Assembly (NCBI RefSeq): GCF_030028105.1
Contig: NC_092378.1
Coordinates: 8,574,762-8,638,761, forward strand
Length of the DNA: 64,000 nt
Direction: 5' to 3'
Origin: Mobula birostris
Taxonomy: Eukaryota
Shown here one piece after another: positions 25,301 to 40,828 of the stretch. The stretch's first letter is position 1. The number at the start of each line of letters is the position of its first letter. The notes under the pieces were generated by a model that worked only from the letters and a program-made list of their open reading frames with translations, made no database searches and was not told where the DNA came from. The translations under genes and the position numbers were made by a program.

Positions 25301-25473
25301 TCGTGAGTAGGGGGCCACCCTGATCTCAGTCCCTTGCCCTCTGCTCCCTGGCTGATGGCATCCTCGCTCTTGGCAGCTGTATTTCATGTAATGTGTTGTG
25401 TCCCTTTCTGGTTTCAGGCACTGCGCGCAGGCAAAACAATCGTCCAGTGGTTTCATGCGAAGAATTAGTCAAC

Positions 25474-25561
25474 ATGATGGCAAACATTGTGATTCTGATT
25501 GCGATACTGGCCCTATCGCTGTTATTTTGGGTTGTGTCCATGACAGCAAGTACTTATTATG
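25474..25561 (+). CDS. TMEM19: TMEM19 coding exon 1
   Basis: MMANIVILIAILALSLLFWVVSMTASTYY(D), donor G|GTAAGT; matches the TMEM19 N-terminal TM segment. The true start could lie further upstream. Confidence 0.88.
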
Positions 25562-25726
25562 GTAAGTGCATTGTTCACCTGTGTGTTTAGTCACAAACCT
25601 GGAGTTTGATAACGCTGCTGTACCTGGTTTAAAAGTGCTTTCTTATTACCAACACAATATGGACAACAATAAAGTGCCCCCTTTCAATCTGAAATGCCTT
25701 TAGTACATGCAATCGAATGTGATTAA

Positions 25727-25927
<201 letters not shown>

Positions 25928-27213
25928 TAAAATAATAATCTAAAATCCGGTACATTGTCGCTGTTTCTTGACAGTATGATATTGATTTTGAATCGAAAAT
26001 GCGGTCTATGGCATTAGGATATTACATTTAGTTCCGAGCTATAATTTTATTTTGAACTACAACTCTAGCAGATCCTTCCTGTCCACGGAGCTCCTGGGGA
26101 GGCCGATTTCACCCATGTGACCCTTACGTCTTTGGAAAGTGGAAGAAGTCAGCACGGTCACGGTCACGGGGAGACGGTGCGAACTCTTTATAAACAGCAA
26201 CACACACAAAGAGCTGCAACAATAAGCAGGCCAGGCTGCTTTTATGGAAAAGAGTACAGTCGACGTGTCGGGCCTGAGACCCTTCAGCAGGGCTGCTGAC
26301 GACTGTACTCTTTTCCATAGATGCTGCCTGTGTGTGTGTGTGTGTGTGGATTTCCAGTATCTGCAGACTTCTTCGTTTTTTTTGTGTGTAGACAGCCGCG
26401 GAATTGAACCCGTGTCGACGCCGCTTTAATAGCGTTATGCTCACCGCTACGCCACCGTGTTAACAGCAACGATCCTATCAACAAAACTAGACAGGTTCAC
26501 AGAATAAGAGGAGGCAGAGGGAAAAATAAGAGGAAACATTTCAATATATTTCCTGGTTCAAATACTTTACCTAGTTTTCTCACACGATATATAGAAACAA
26601 TTCGTGGGTTATCGGGGGAATTCAAGGGATCTGTTGTTGTTCGTCCTTCGTAGTCGAAGATGACCATGGCTTCAAAGTCAAATGGGAGATTGGTGTCTGT
26701 GGGTCTGGAGGTGACTGATGAGGCCAATCCGGGCCCTGAAGGTTCGCCCACATGTGGGACACATGTAGAACCAACAAAATAGCAGTTTTAAAAACTCACG
26801 GTGGAATGTTTGGTAAAACATGGCATGCTAGTCAATTGTTCAAAGTAAATTGTATTATCAGGGTACATATGTCACCATATACATCCCAGAGATTCATTTT
26901 CCTGCGGGCATACCAGCAAATCTGTAGAATAGTAACTATAACAGGATCAATAAAAGATCAAACAGTGCAAAAGACAACAAACTGCAAGTGCAAATATAAA
27001 CAAGAACATTTAAGGACTCATTGTCTTATTATTAAATGAGATCATTGGTTGTGAGAACATCTCAATGGATGTGCAAGTGGGTGTAGTTATCCATTAACCT
27101 CTATGCAAGCAATAGTTCTGCTATTTGCTAAGTCTACTAACATGCATCGAGGAAATTTTGGTTACTGTTTTCTCTTTGACAATAAACCATACATTTATTG
27201 TGTTGAGTGTTGA

Positions 27214-27785
27214 GTGCATCGTGATGTAATGATGCAGCTCTATAAAACTCTGGTTAGGCCACACTTGGAGTACTGTGTCCAGTTCTGGTCACCTCACTAT
27301 AGGAAGGATGTGGAAGCATTGGAAAGGGTACAGAGGAGATGTACCAGGATGCTGCCTGGTTTAGAAAGTATGCATTATGATCAAAGATTAAGGGAGCTAG
27401 GGCTTTACTCTTTGGAGAGAAGGAGGATGAGAGGAGACATGATAGAGGTGTACAAGATATTAAGAGGAATAGATAGAGTGGATAGCCAGTGCTTCTTCCC
27501 CAGAGCGCCACTGCTCAGTGCAAGGGGATATGACTTTAAGGTAAGGGGTGGAAAGTTCAAGGGGGATATTAGAGGAAGGTTTTTTACTCAGAGAGTGGTT
27601 GGTTCGTGGAATGCACTGCGTGAGTCAGTGGTGGAGGCAGATACACTAGTGAAGTTTAAGAGACTACTGGACAGATATATGGAGGAATTTAAGGTGGGGG
27701 AGTTATATGGAAGGCAGGGTTTGAGGATCGGCAGAACAATGTGGGCCAAAGGGCCTGTACTGTGCTGTACTATTCTATGTTCTAT
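27214..27785 (+). mobile_element. Young CR1-like LINE 3' end in TMEM19 intron 2
   Basis: Open ORF LYKTLVRPHLEYCVQFWSPHYRKD...LGLYSLERRRMRGDMIEVYKI...; (ttctatg)n tail. Confidence 0.92.
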
Positions 27786-28700
27786 GAAAAAGATCCAACA
27801 TTGAACACAGGTATTTTTCAATCTAATACAAGTAAGGGTAGAAGTAGACCATATGAACTCTCCTGGCCTGCTCTGCCTTTCAATAATATTTGATTTTAGC
27901 CACAGCTGCTCTTTCTTGTGTGCTCCCAGAAATGTTGACTTCTTTATAGAACAGAAGTGAATTTTATTCTTGAATGTACTCAGTGATTCAGGCTCCAAAA
28001 TGTCCTCGGGCAGACGCGGACTAAGAATCATTATGGTCCTGAGGGAAGAAATTGCTCCTCATTTGTATCTTAAGAGGGCGACATATTTGGAAACTATGTC
28101 CCAGGTGTTAGCTTTCTAGAAACATCCTTTCGGCATCTATTTTGCCAACCCTCCCCCCGGCCTTAAAATCTTTTAATTCAATATTACCTTTCACATTTCA
28201 AACTCTAATCAGTGTAAAGCAACACACACCTACCTACCTACATACCCACCCACCCAGCCAAGCTTAACAGGTCAGGCCGCATCCATGGAAATGAATAAAC
28301 AGTCCTGAGGAAGGGTCTCGGCCTGAAACAGCAACAGCTTGTTCATTTCGTGGAAGCTGTCTGACCTGCTGAGTTCATCCAGCACTTTGTGTGTATTGCT
28401 TTGGATTTCCGGCATCTGCAGATTTTCTCATTTCTAATTAATATAAGCTGTCCTTTGCCAGTGTTCAGCCTGCTGATTCTTCTCTGGTGCTTTTAATGCA
28501 AAGGTGTGTTTCTTTAAATAAAGAGACCAACACTGTATGTAGAAATATTTTCTAGCTTAACCAATGTTCTGTACAGTTGTAGCAATACTTGCTTTCTTTA
28601 ATACTCCATTCCCCTTGCAATAGGCCAATGTTCCTTTTGTCTTCCTAATTACTCAATGTTCGTATATACAGTGCCTATGAAAAGTAATTGCCTCCCTTGG

Positions 28701-29095
28701 AACACACATCAAAGTTGCTGGTGAACACAGCAGGCCAGGCAGCATCTCTAGGAAGAGGTACAGTCGACGTTTCAGGCCGAGACCCTTCGTCAGGACTAAC
28801 TGAAGGAAGAGTTAGTAAGAGATTTGAGTGGGAGGGGGAGGGGGAGATCCGAAATGATAGGAGAAGACAGGAGGGGGAGGGATGGAGCCAAGAGCTGGAC
28901 AGGTGATTGGCAAAAGGGATATGAGGATCATGGGACAGGAAGCCCAGGGAGAAGGAAAAAGGGGAGGGGGGAAAATCCCAGAGGATGGGCAAGAGGTATA
29001 GTCAGAGGGACAGAGGAAGAAAAAGGAGAGAGAGAGAAAGAATTTGTGTATATAAATAAATAATGGATGGGGTATGAGGGGGAGGTGGGGCATTA
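28701..29095 (-). mobile_element. Young Penelope pseudo-LTR with intact minimal hammerhead core
   Basis: Minus strand 28797-28762 reads agtc CTGACGA agggtctcggcct GAAA c GTC gact. Confidence 0.8.
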
Positions 29096-30213
29096 GTCTT
29101 GGGAGGGTGCCCAGGGTTCAACCTTCCGTGCTTGGGCTCCCAATAAACACAAGCAAATAATGTTTGGAACCGAAGTCCACAAAGAGAGTCTGCCCACAGA
29201 CCCTTAGCTCAGCTCAGCGCAGATTGGAGCAGGGAGCTGAACCGGCCTGTCCTTCTCCTCGGACTATGACACCCCGACTTTTTCAGTCTGGCCCGGTGCC
29301 TAAATCGTCTTCTAAATAACAGGTTCAATCACCTTGATATGCCCTGCGGTCTGGATCCTGTCAGCACGATTCGGCCTGTATCCAGCCTTTCTGATTCATC
29401 CCGGCACTTAAATCATCCAAACCATATTTCTGCCCATTCACTGAACAATGTATACATCAGATTATTTTAGCCATTCACAACTCAATTTCCCTCCTATCTA
29501 TGCATCATCAGCAAATTGGGCTGCAATATTAACTCAGTTTTATTTTGATCTGTCCACATGTACTCTGACAGATTGGATATTTCTAATATTCTTTCGGTTT
29601 CAGATCGCAGTGACATCTCTGGCCATAATTTTACAGTTTGTACACAATCCCTTGTTGCTCTCACTCTCTTCCTCGGAAGTACTTTAGTTAATTATAGAGA
29701 TTAAGGAGTGAGAATAAATCAGGGAAAGTGGATCTATAGGAATGGGAATTCTTTGATATGAATAAATGCACACCTGTTGAAAAGTTCCTATTTCTGTAGT
29801 TTTGATTGCATAGTTTTAATCATATGTCAAAGAATAACTTTGTATGGTTTTGTAAACAGCAGTTTCTCAGAGTTAAAGTCTTCAAGTACGATTTATTAAC
29901 CATATTTGTACACGAGTCTTGGCCTTTATTTGGCACCAGCATCTTTCGCCTGTTGTTTAGGGTACATCTGAATATAAATATGTCTGTAAATTAGGATGAC
30001 AAACTGAAGCTTGAAGATGTTGTACTATACTAGTTAAGGTGTCAAAAAATAAAACATAAGTACATCTTTAATATGAGGATAAAGTTGCAATCTAAACCAT
30101 TTGTTATGAAGTTGCTTTACACTGCACTTCAAATTAAGCTCACTTTAATTTGTTTAAGTTTATGTCCACACTATTTTGCAGCACACTTAATTTAGTTACT
30201 TACAAAAAAAAAT

Positions 30214-30452
30214 ACAGCGTGGAATTGGCTCTTTGAGCCTCGCAGCCCAGCAATCCCCCGAATTTAACCCTAGCCTAATCACAAGACAATTTACAATGAC
30301 CAATTAACCTGTTTGGACTGTGGGAGGAAACTGGAGCACCCGGAGGAAACCCATGGACATGGGGAGAACATACAGACTCCTTAAATGCAGCGGTGGGAAT
30401 TGAAGCCAAATTGCCTGTACGTGTCATGCTAACCATGACACTACTGTGCTGC
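30214..30452 (-). mobile_element. V-SINE (HE1-like)
   Basis: Minus strand has a tRNA-like head followed by the V-domain gtatgttctcccc...gggtttcctccgggtgctccagtttcctcccacagtccaaa. Confidence 0.75.
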
Positions 30453-33400
30453 CTTATCATGTGTAAAAGCAAAATTCTGCAGATGCGTAATTAATAGAAG
30501 AAAATACTAGGACTTTTTAACAGATCAGGCAGAACATATTGTGTGTGTTTGTCTGAGAGCAAGAGACAAATCAGCATTTAAATTTTGGATTGATAAATTT
30601 CATTATTGAGAATGCTTATCAGCCCAATTTGTCTTTCCCTCCACTAATGCTGCATGACCTTGTATGCTTTACACCATTTTCTGTTATTGTGTACTTCACC
30701 TTTTCAATGGTTTAATTTAATATCAGAGAATGTATACAACCTGAAATTCTTATTCTCCACAGAAATTCTTGAAACAGAAAAAAATCTCCAACGAATAAAT
30801 GACGGAAAATGTTAGAACCGCAAAGTCACCTCCCATGCACAAAGAGCGGCAAAAGCATCAAACCCACCTCCCCACCAGCACCACGCACGCAATAGCAAAG
30901 CCTCCATGATCTAGGGTCTATCAGCAACAATGTCCAAGGTTCAGGGTGGTGCAGCTGGTAAAGCTGCTGCCTGCCAGGTTCAGTGACACCAGGTTTAACC
31001 TTGACTTCTGATGCTGTCTGTGTGGGGTCTTTGTTTTCCCTGGAAACAGGTGAGTCGTCCTTGGATACTACCCATAGAGTCATAGCCAAAACAAAAAAAA
31101 ACATGTGAAACTCACTGAATCTGGAGCATAAACAACCTGCTGAAGAAACACAGCTGGACAGGCAGCATCTGTGGAGGGAAATGGATGGCTGATGTTTTGG
31201 GCTGAGACCCTTCATCTTGACTGAAGGATAGAGGGGAGATGGTCAGTCTAAAGAGGTGAAGGGGAGCAAGAACTGGCAGGCGACAGATGGATCTAGGTGA
31301 GTAATGGGAATGGTAGAAATAGCGACAGATGCTGGGAGGTCATAAGTGGAGATGATAAAGGGCTGTAGAAGGTGTAATGTATTTGGAAAGAAAAGGCATG
31401 GAATCAAATAAGGGAGGTTATTTGGGCATATGGGAACAGTGCCACAGCCATGGAGGCCATCCTGCCCATCTATACTAAACCCACTTGCCTGTATTAATTC
31501 TATATTCCTCTGTGGCTTGTTCATTCAAATATCTGCCCATTTGCTGCTTAAATGTTGCTACTATTCCTGCCTCCACTACCTCCTCTTCCAGCTCATTCGA
31601 AATACCAACTGTTCTTAGTGTGAAAAGTTTACCCCCGAGACCTCCATTAAACCTCCTTCCTCTCATCATACCCTCTGGTTTGAAACACACCTATGGTGGA
31701 AAGCAAACACTGGACATACACTCAGTGGCTGCCTTGGTAGGTACCTCCTGGATCTAAGAAAGTGGCCACTGAGTGTATGTTCATGGTCTTCTGCGGCTGT
31801 AGCCCATCCAAAGCAAGGTTCAACATTTTGTGCATTTAGAGATGCTCTTCTGCACACAGCTGTTGTAACATGGTTATCTGTGTTATTGTCGCCTTCCTGT
31901 CAGCTTAAAACAGTCTGGCCATTCTCTTCTGACCTCTCTCATTAACAAAGTAGTTTCACCCGCAGAAATGCCACTCGCTGGATGTTTTTTGCTCTTCACA
32001 CTATTCTCTGTAGAGACTGTTATGCATCAAAATCCCAGGAAATCTACAATTTCTGAGAGACTGAAACCACTCCGTCTGGCTCCACACAACTGAAAATAAT
32101 GTCCCGAATGGAATTTAGTGCCCTAGCTGTTGAAGGTAAACATGCCACGTGCTCTCTTCACCACCATTTACCACTATTGCTGCTTTCAGTGTTCCTTTTT
32201 CAGATTTCCTTGCACATCCCAAAGCTGGGCAGGTTGGGAGGTTAATTGGCCCTTGTAAATTGTCCAAGTGTGTAGTGACTGCGAGAAATGGGGGAATTGA
32301 TTGGAATGTTTAGAAAATAAAAAAGGCCTTGTGTAGGATTAATATTAAATAGGTGGTTCTTGCTGACAGCGTGGGCTGTATGACTATCGTTATTATGGCT
32401 TTAGTGTATCATTCTGTGATCTTTCCAGCTGATTAGTAAATTTGTTATGTGCCATGTCGTATGATGTGGACGATCATAATCTTTCCATGACCATGATTGT
32501 TCTTGGCAAATTTTTCTACAGCAGTGGTTTGCCATTGCCTTCTGGGCAGAGTCTTTACAAGATGGGTGATCCCAGCCATAAACAATACTCTCCAGAGACT
32601 GTCTGGCTGGCATAACCAGGACTCGTGATATGCGCCAGATGCTCATACAACCATCCACCACCTGCTTCCATGGCTTCATGTGACCCTGATCAGGGGGGCT
32701 AAGCAGATGCTACACCTGACCCAAGGGTGACCAGCAGGCTAGTGGAGAGAAGGAGTGCCTGACGCCTCCTTTGGTAAGGGTGCATCTCCGCCTCACCATC
32801 CCATTAGCAAATTGACTTCTGCAGTTTGACATGATGCTCACTTTAAAAGTTAATGGCTTTGAAGCAGTTTAAGCTATCCTGAAATTGTAAGAGTTACAAC
32901 ATTAATAGGTCCATCTGTATATCAATGTCCTATTTTTCTTACAGTGTCTCCTATGATCTGACTAATGCCTGAGGAAATGAATGATAAGTTTCTGCTGCCT
33001 CATCTGAGAAATTGAAGACTGAGGCAGTTGCATAAAGTGGAACAAAATGTCCTTTTATTTTGTATGTCGAATTGTTTTTGCTCCGTTATTTTATAGACTT
33101 GCCCTACTTCATTAATGCTGCTTCTTTTCAATAACTTAAGTGTGTTGGAAAAGTAGTTCCTAATAGTTCATTCTTTCAAGTTCAAGTTCATTGTCTTTTA
33201 ACTATTTACATGCATGCCCCCAAACGAGACAATGTTTCTCCAGACCAGGGTGTGCAGCACAGTAGTACACATCACACACATATAACACACAATTACTTAG
33301 GAAAGTAAGAATTAAATTTACAAATGTATTATGCATAGATAATATAAAGTGCATAAATTAAATACTGTAGGGTACAGTACAAATTATCTGGTGACACTTT

Positions 33401-33943
33401 TGATATTAATCTTAAATATGACTTCAAAAAATTCAGTAACCTATGACAATTTTTCTTTGCTATTTCCCCAGAGCAATGATTACAGCACATTTTCTTTAAA
33501 CTTTCAAAATAAATGTATCTGGTGAGGCGGGGGGTCTCACACTGCAAATTCTGTCCAAGTCCTTTCAATACTAGGTAACTGACAATGCAGGTCTATTCTT
33601 GCAATGTACATCTGTGAAAATCAAATTTTCTGGAGGCAGAGGCAGTGAGGTAAAAGGATACAGGGAGATGTCACATATCTGTTTAGATGTTTCATATGAC
33701 TGTATTTGACAGTGGTGTATTGTATGTCATTTAGGGAGAAAGAAAATTGAAATTGACATTTTCAGAAGAGCAGTTCGTTTGCAGTGATGGTGCATCAATG
33801 GATCCTAACAGGATTTCTGTTTTCCAGTGTTACCTTGTTTTTAGCTCTAACCTTTCTTGGTAATTATGGACCTGTCAAGCTTCGTCACGGAGATTTACTG
33901 CAGCACTCCCTTGAAGAACATAAACTTCTCAGCATGGGAATAA

Positions 33944-34126
<183 letters not shown>

Positions 34127-34999
34127 TAATGTTACTTTCAAAATGTGGCGATGAAAAGACATAAAGCAAAAACCTTTCAAACCTGAGATACTGTCTGTAA
34201 CACTTTGAGTTAAGAAAATGAAGAGTTCATGGCCAGTAATATTAACAACCACCCACAGAATGCCAGCATGACTGACTGCATACTTCCAAAGTCTTCCATA
34301 TCAAATTGCCAGCATCTGCAGAACTTCTCTGTCCATGTTGGGAATAAATTATCTTAAACTCTTCTTAAACATACACATTTCACTTTCTTCCATAATTACA
34401 GCTATTTGTAGAAATTGCTAGACCAGTGTTGTTAAATCAGTGAAATGATAAAAATACAGGTCTGGCAAATAATAGAAAATGAAATGTGTGATCATTTTTA
34501 CCTGGTCTCCCTTTCATCAGTGGAAAAAGTCAGCAGTCTCCTCATTAGCCATTTCGGAACAGACCAAACTGTAGTGGAACTAGGACATTTACCTCAATGA
34601 CTGTCAAAGAAGATGATTGCACCCAACTACATTCTTGGGTTAAATCTTCATCATTCACAACTTGCTTAATTTTTTTATAAAGATGAGAAAATCTGAAGAT
34701 TTTGGAAATCTAAAGCAACACACACAAAATGCTAGAGGAACTCAGCAGGTCAGGCAGCTTCTATGGAAAGGAGTAAACAGTGGACGTTTTGGGCTGAGAC
34801 CCTTCATCAGGACTGAGAGAGAAGTGGGGGAGATGCCTGAATAAAAAGGTGGGTGGGGTGAGGAGAAAGAGGCTAGTTGGAAGGCGATAGGTGAAGCCAG
34901 GTGGGTGGGAAAAAGGCTGGAGAGAATGTGTGAGTGAGAGAGAGAGATAAACTATATCAATGATGATTCAGGAGAGATCTCAGTGCTCTTAGCACATAG

Positions 35000-35930
35000 A
35001 GTAGTATTGCACAGGAACAGGCCCTCTGGCCCACAATGTTATGCAAACTAATTAAATTGGTAATCAAATGCTGAACTAAACTTAACCCTTCTGCCCACAA
35101 AATGTCCATACCCTTCCATCTCTTGCACATTTATGTGCCTGCCTACAAGACTTTTGAATGCCCTTATGGTGGGGCATTCAAATGCCCCTACCACCACACC
35201 ACACATCTCCTTTGAACTTGCACCATCTCACCTTAAAGCGTTAAGACCATACAACATCGGAGCAGAATTAGGCCATTCAAGTCCACTCTGCCATTTCATC
35301 ACGGCCGATCCAGGTCCCATTCAACCCCATACACCTGCCCTCTCACCATATCCCTTGATGCCCTGACCAATCAGGATTCTATCAACTTCCGCTCTCTGGT
35401 ATTAGACATTTGAAACCTGGGGAAAAGATACTGGCTGTCTTCTCAGTCTATGCTTCACTCTTATAAACTTTTATCAGGTCTCCCCTCGGCCTTAGCCGCT
35501 GCAGAGAAAACAGCACGAGTTTGTGTAGCCTCTCCACAGAGGACATGCCCTCTAATCCAGGCAACATCCTGATCAATCACTTCTGCACCCTTTTCAAAAT
35601 CTCAACATCCTTCCCATAACGGGGCAACCAGAACCGAACACAATACTCCAGATGAGCTTTATGAAGCTGCAACATAACTTCTCAGCTCTCGAACTCAGTA
35701 CCTCGACTATTAAAGCCAAGTGTGCCATGATCCTTCTTTAGCACCCTATCTACCTTGGTAGCCATTATCCGAGAGCTACAAACTTGGACCCCAAGATCCT
35801 TTTGCTCATCGATACTTTTAGGGTCTTGCCATTATCAGTGAACCGCCCCTTTACATTTGATCTCTTAAAGGAAACACTTTGTATTTGGCCAGGTGAAACT
35901 CTCCCTGCCATTTCCCTGCCCACATATGCA
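35000..35930 (-). mobile_element. CR1-like LINE fragments
   Basis: Reverse complement of CR1 ORF2 C-terminal sequence (gagtattgtgttcggttctggttgcccc...; gggagacctgataaaagtttataag). Confidence 0.7.
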
Positions 35931-36022
35931 ATTAATCTTACCTTGCTGTATCCTTTTCCAGTCTGCTATTGCTGTCCACAACACTTGTATAACTAAATTG
36001 CTTGTGTATCTTGCATAACTGT

Positions 36023-36330
36023 GTGCACATGGCCAAGCGGTTAAGGCATTGGACTAGCAACCTGGAGATCGTGAGTTCGAGCCCCAGCAGAGGGAACGTG
36101 TTGTGTCCTTGAGCAAGGCACTTAATCACACATTGCTCTGCAACGACACTGGTGCCAAGCTGTATGGGTCCTAATGCCCTTCCCTTGGACAACATCAGTC
36201 TCGTGGAGAGGGGAGACTTGCAGCATGGGCAACTGCCTGTCTTCCATACCACCTTGCCCTGGCCTGCGCCCTGGAGAGTGAAGACTTTCCAGGCGCAGAT
36301 CCATGGTCTCGCAAGACTAACAGATGCCTT
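36023..36330 (+). mobile_element. tRNA-derived CORE-type SINE
   Basis: A box TGGCCAAGCGG, B box GTTCGAGCC, then the CORE-like gtgtccttgagcaaggcacttaatc. Confidence 0.7.
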
Positions 36331-36349
36331 TTTTTTTTATCTTGCGTAA

Positions 36350-36685
<336 letters not shown>

Positions 36686-39257
36686 TAAACCAAATATTTG
36701 AAAGAATATAAATTTGTGAAAGCCGAAAGAAAGAAAAAAATGATCCGTAGTGCCCTACCTGAACTGTAATTTTTGCAGAAATACAGACTCTGCAATATTA
36801 GGCCTTTTATCACAATATTTTGACATGAGCAATCAGTGCCTCATATAGGCAATTCCTTCTAACTAACCCAGTCACTTTTGACCTCTGTCTCATGTACATG
36901 GGCCCCTCCTCAGTTTTCCTCCTGCATACAGCAGCACCTCGTCCTCCTGTACATGCAGGTGTACTTTCTCACTCTTCAAGTATGCAGTCACACCCATCGT
37001 GCCCTTTTTTGAGCATAACCTTATCATGTAATCTCCTGTTGTCAACTCACCCCTTCCTAGCTAACCACTGGTAATCGCAACCTTCACCTCACCCACAGAG
37101 AACATGCAAGCACCCCTTTCCAAACAACACCCGCCAGTTAGGTCCCCCAACCCTGTGAGTGAGCCACTTCTGGAACCCACCTCCGAGTGCCCACCCTTTC
37201 CCAGGGCCGGGGAGGTTCTGCTGCTTCTGAGAACATACGTTTGCGTGGCTCCCTTCCCCTTGCCAGGCCCACTACCTTCCCACATACTAGTTCCCTGTCG
37301 TGACCCATGTCTGCATGTGTGAGCCCTAGCACCTCCAAACCTGCAATATGCACCCTTTCCCTTATTCTGCCAAATGCCACCCGACGCATCCTTTCCCCTC
37401 TGGCTATACCTGCCTGCCCACCCATGTAGTCCTTCTGAGACAGCGCGCCTGCCCCTGTCACTTGCCAGTCTTCTGTCCCCATATACCTGCCTCTCCTTAT
37501 AACACACACAAAATGCTGGAGGAAGTCTGCAGGCCAGGCACCATTTATGGAAAAAAGTGAACAGTTGATATTTCAAGCTGAGGCCCTTCATCAGACTCGC
37601 TCTACACCTGTGGTATTCCTTCCTGGAACTAACGTGAGCGGCAGACTCCTACCCATCTGTCTCCAGATCACATGCCGTCCTGGGACAGCCACCAACATGT
37701 TCTCAGCCTTTCCTGCCTCTACTTACACACCCTAAACAAGTGGCAGCCCATCCCTTCCCAGCAACCTGCCCACACACCACCAGTACAAGAACCTACTTGC
37801 CCGTCCCCTTTCAAGACCGCGCTTCTGATGTCCTTGCCCGCCCCCTTCTCCGATCCCGTGTCTGCGTGCCACTCATCCAGTACCCCCATCTACATTTACA
37901 CCAGTTACAAGGCCCCATTTCTTACTCCCCTACTTTCATATTGCACCCTCACTCTGACTTGCTCAATTTTACCGGTGTTTTCAGTTTTATTTCATATAGT
38001 TGTGTAAGATTTCATTCAAAATTAACAGTCTCAAAATGCTGGAGGAATTCAACACTCTATGCATGCAACAACCGGTTTCCTGTCAGCCCTCCATTAAAAG
38101 CCACCAGTTAACAGGAAGGAAATGGAGCAGCAGTATAAAAGGCAAACAGATTAAAAATTAAAGTATTAACAATGTGGGATTTCAATTATCCCATCTATGA
38201 GAATCAATGGGGCAGCGAAATTTTAATGTAAATTTTTTTAAAAAATCATACACTGTGCTCAGTTTCATTCAAAATTAACACACACAAAATATCGGAGGAA
38301 CTCAGCAGACCAGGCAGCATCTGTGGAAATTAATAATAAATAAATATTTCAGGCCAAGAATCCTGAAAAAGGGTCTCGGCCAGAAATGGCGACTTTTTTT
38401 TCTATCGATGCTGCTGAGTTCCTCCTCCAGCATTTTGTGTGTGGTGCTCTGGATTTCCAGCATCTGCAGACTTCCTCGTGGTTCTGTTGAATATTATATT
38501 GGATATGAGTTCATTTTTGGATGTTAGTGATACAAAAAATTTAAAAAGCACATCCCGATTTTAATATATTTACACTATTTTCTCTAAATATAAGCCTCTT
38601 TTGATATCCAATTATTTTGCTTAATGTGCATTACAAAATAGGTTTGTAAGACGAATCAATTATACAGCCTTATTTCACAAGCACAAGAAGTCCTTCATGA
38701 ATTTGAAACAGTCAAGAATTGTGGATTTGTAAAAATTTCAGTAAAGGATATTCAGTGTGTTGTGTCATGGACAGATATGATAGTTTATCAACTGTAGTGA
38801 TTTTTCCCCCCTCAACTTGAATTTTACTGTTTACTTACTTTAATAATTGTCCAACTTTTATTTGTTTTATAAAATATACCTCCTTCATTGCTTTGAAAAT
38901 AAACTATAAGTTTTACCACACTTTACATCATTTTTTTCTAGTTGTAATTTGGTAGGCTTCTAGTTGGAATTATCTGTAAGAATATGACCTAAAGAATGGA
39001 GACAAAGCTGAAATCTGGAATGATAATGCCTTGAGCCTGTTCATCCACTCAGCAAGTTGATAATTGCTGCTTGTCATGTGATCAGGTGTATCAATTTCAA
39101 TCTGGAACAGAATGACTCAACATTTCTTACTCAGCGACTGTCTGGAATAGAGAAAATCCAGTTGCCACAGCACACCCTACCAAGTTAATTTCAGTTATTT
39201 CACAATATTTATATGTAAGTAAAATTGCTAATGTTAATGTCCAAGGAAAGGAAATGA

Positions 39258-39653
<396 letters not shown>

Positions 39654-40576
39654 TGATGAAGGTCCTCCATCTCTGGCGATGTTTCTTCGTCTTGGCAGTA
39701 GCTTCCTCTCGGTTTTCAGTACTGTCAGTCACGCAAGTCCCAGATGGAGACTCAGAAATGCAGTTACATAGAACATAGAATAGTATAGCACAGTACTCAG
39801 TACACTCAGATGCAGAAACATTCTTCATGGCTGTTTCCATAACAGTTTTGTTTACCAGTCAGGGTTGTTCACCTTGAGCTGAACCCCCGAACCTGGGGGT
39901 CCAGTGAACCTCTCGTGTGCAAAGGCAGATTAACAAGAGTTTAGAGTTGATTGATAAATGATGCTATTGATAAAGTGGAAGCTCAATTCCTTAGTGACGG
40001 CACTATTCACTATTTGGGAGAAATTTACACCAATTAACTTGTCTTTTACCATTGCATGCACATTAATAAACTGTAGCTGTGGGACAAGGAATCATTCTAT
40101 TGAGACTGATGAAACCTTCCAACCAGTGCTGTGAATTCATAGCACACCTACATCAATACATTAATCTTCTTCTTGGGCCCCGTCCCTAGCTCCCAGTGGA
40201 GCATAGGCCATCGATAGCCTTCTGTCTCCATCATCCAAAGTAGATGGTATAGTTGGAGTTTATCAATGTTTCTGTAATTCATTGCATCCACTCACTGTAC
40301 AAGGGATTGGCCTCTACAGCTTCACCAGAGCCCTGTTGGCTGGCCTTATCCATTTCCACCTCTCACAACAGGGATGTGGCATTGGACTTTGAGAGGCTTA
40401 AATGCAGTCAGATCTGCCACAAATTCATAGTTAAATTTTCAAATTGTTGAAATTTAATGTATATATTTTGATACTTTGATAGAAGTAAAGGTTAAATACT
40501 AAATAGAAACACAGCTTATTTATCATCATCATAGCTTGGCGCACCAGGCAGCTTATTTGTAATAGTCACTGGTTAG

Positions 40577-40828
<252 letters not shown>

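Noticed and set aside
36028-36090. tRNA gene
   Set aside because: The tRNA-like head runs directly into a SINE core and lacks a full cloverleaf; the same holds for the V-SINE heads.
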